Below are positions 62,799 through 64,000 of a stretch of 64,000 nucleotides of DNA, piece after piece. Both the position numbers and the translations under genes were made by a program. The notes under the pieces were generated by a model. The model was not told the DNA's origin. It did no database searches and was given only the letters and a program-made list of their open reading frames with translations. The stretch lies in contig CAXXUA010000013.1 of NCBI GenBank assembly GCA_963663765.2, positions 192,001-256,000 of the forward strand, given 5' to 3'. The stretch's first letter is position 1; the number at the start of each line of letters is the position of its first letter. The stretch is from Candidatus Poribacteria bacterium. Lineage in GTDB: Bacteria > Poribacteria > WGA-4E > WGA-3G.

Positions 62799-63995
62799 TC
62801 AGCTTGATTTCAGTGAAGTTCTACTGGCACTACGTGATATGTTCAACAGTATTCCAACACTTACTAAACTAATTACAAGAGAAGAACCTCCATAGCTTAA
62901 AAATGGAAGTGTTATACCCTTTGTTGGAAGTAGTCCTGTTACAACACCGATATTTATAAACGCTTGCAATCCCAGAATAATGGTTAGACCTGTAGCAAAT
63001 AACCCACCAAAACGATTCTCAGTACGTCTTGCAATTGAAATTCCACGCCATATAAATATCATAAAGAGAATTATTACCACAGTCGCCCAAAAAAATCCTA
63101 ATTCTTCTCCCAAAATTGAAAAAATAAAATCTGTATGGGGATAGGGTAGATAGTTGATTTTAGCTGCACTGTCATCAAGTCCAACACCAAAAAACCCTCC
63201 CCATCTTAACGCATTCAATGAACGACCTAACTGATAACTCGCGGCATCAGGCGATAGCATAGTCGCCCAATAGTCTGTTAAACGCTTCAAACGGTAAGGA
63301 TTGCTAATGATGAACCCTGTTAGCACTGCACTTCCACTTCCAACTAACAAGAATGTATGAGAAAGACGAATTCCGCCGATGAAAAGTAGACTTCCAGCAG
63401 TTGCAGCTAAAAGTACTGCAGAACCAAAATCAGGTTGTTTTGCCACTAACCCAAACATAATTCCTATAATCAATACATTGGGGAGGACTCCATTAAAAAG
63501 GTTCTTTATACGTTCTGGATTACGGGCTAAGAAATGGGCAGTATGTATAATTAATGCTATTTTAGCAAACTCTACAGGTTGGAATCGGATACCTTTGAAA
63601 TAAATCCAACGTCTAAAACTACCTCCTTCCGCACCTTGAACGCTACTGCCGATCGGAGAAAATACAAGTGCAAGTAACACAAATGCAAGGAAAAGCAATT
63701 TATTGCTATGCTTCTCATAAAACCAATACGGAATGTAGGAAGCTACACCCATCCCTACTAATCCTATCAAACAGGCAACAACTTGTATCTTTAAATAGTG
63801 GTAATTGTTGTCATACTGCTTCGCAGAGAGGACATGTCCTGAACTATATACCATCACAATACCAAAACCGACCAAGATTAGAGTCACAACAAGTAAACCT
63901 GTATCTACTCTACCGAGATTCCTAATCTGCGGACGAGTTCTTTCAACTGGAATAACTGATTGATTGTCAAAACTGACTGTATTTTGATTTTGCAT
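62799..63995 (-). CDS. ftsW: SEDS peptidoglycan glycosyltransferase FtsW
   Basis: RW, QPVEFAK, QPDFG, YLP..HTDFIF, LPTKGITLPFLSYGGSS; upstream of murG. Confidence 0.94.
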   Translation of the reverse strand: MQNQNTVSFDNQSVIPVERTRPQIRNLGRVDTGLLVVTLILVGFGIVMVYSSGHVLSAKQYDNNYHYLKIQVVACLIGLVGMGVASYIPYWFYEKHSNKLLFLAFVLLALVFSPIGSSVQGAEGGSFRRWIYFKGIRFQPVEFAKIALIIHTAHFLARNPERIKNLFNGVLPNVLIIGIMFGLVAKQPDFGSAVLLAATAGSLLFIGGIRLSHTFLLVGSGSAVLTGFIISNPYRLKRLTDYWATMLSPDAASYQLGRSLNALRWGGFFGVGLDDSAAKINYLPYPHTDFIFSILGEELGFFWATVVIILFMIFIWRGISIARRTENRFGGLFATGLTIILGLQAFINIGVVTGLLPTKGITLPFLSYGGSSLVISLVSVGILLNISRSASRTSLKSS

Positions 63996-64000
63996 TGATA

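Overview
A 64-kb, moderately AT-rich bacterial chromosomal segment, mostly coded on the minus strand. The gene content (a LamG protein ending in 'AVEPKNKLATRWGVIK', PhyH, sulfatase, Gfo/Idh/MocA, TPR and vWA genes) suggests Candidatus Poribacteria; this is inference. Core blocks are: rpsB-tsf-frr-cdsA-dxr-rseP-udg-priA (no pyrH or uppS); pcrA-gatC-gatA-ctpA; the end of a dcw cluster (ftsW-murG-murC-ftsQ-ftsA-ftsZ); trpS; lysA; and livK/H/M. These are interleaved with sugar, inositol and sulfate catabolic genes. The strongest candidate for an undescribed system is an AT-rich minus-strand cassette at 17869-20108. It encodes a TPR protein, a small Pol-beta-type nucleotidyltransferase, and an overlapping DUF262 (ParB/Srx-fold) protein with no HNH domain, which looks like a nucleotide-centric defence module. 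Other notable items are an IS256-like MITE with a target duplication that carries GTAG REP hairpins, a second composite repeat element, a decayed HNH gene behind an intact partner gene, a t44-like rpsB leader, and an RRF whose conserved domain I tip is replaced by a Gly/Arg/Ser/Lys segment. No rRNA, tRNA or CRISPR array was recognised.
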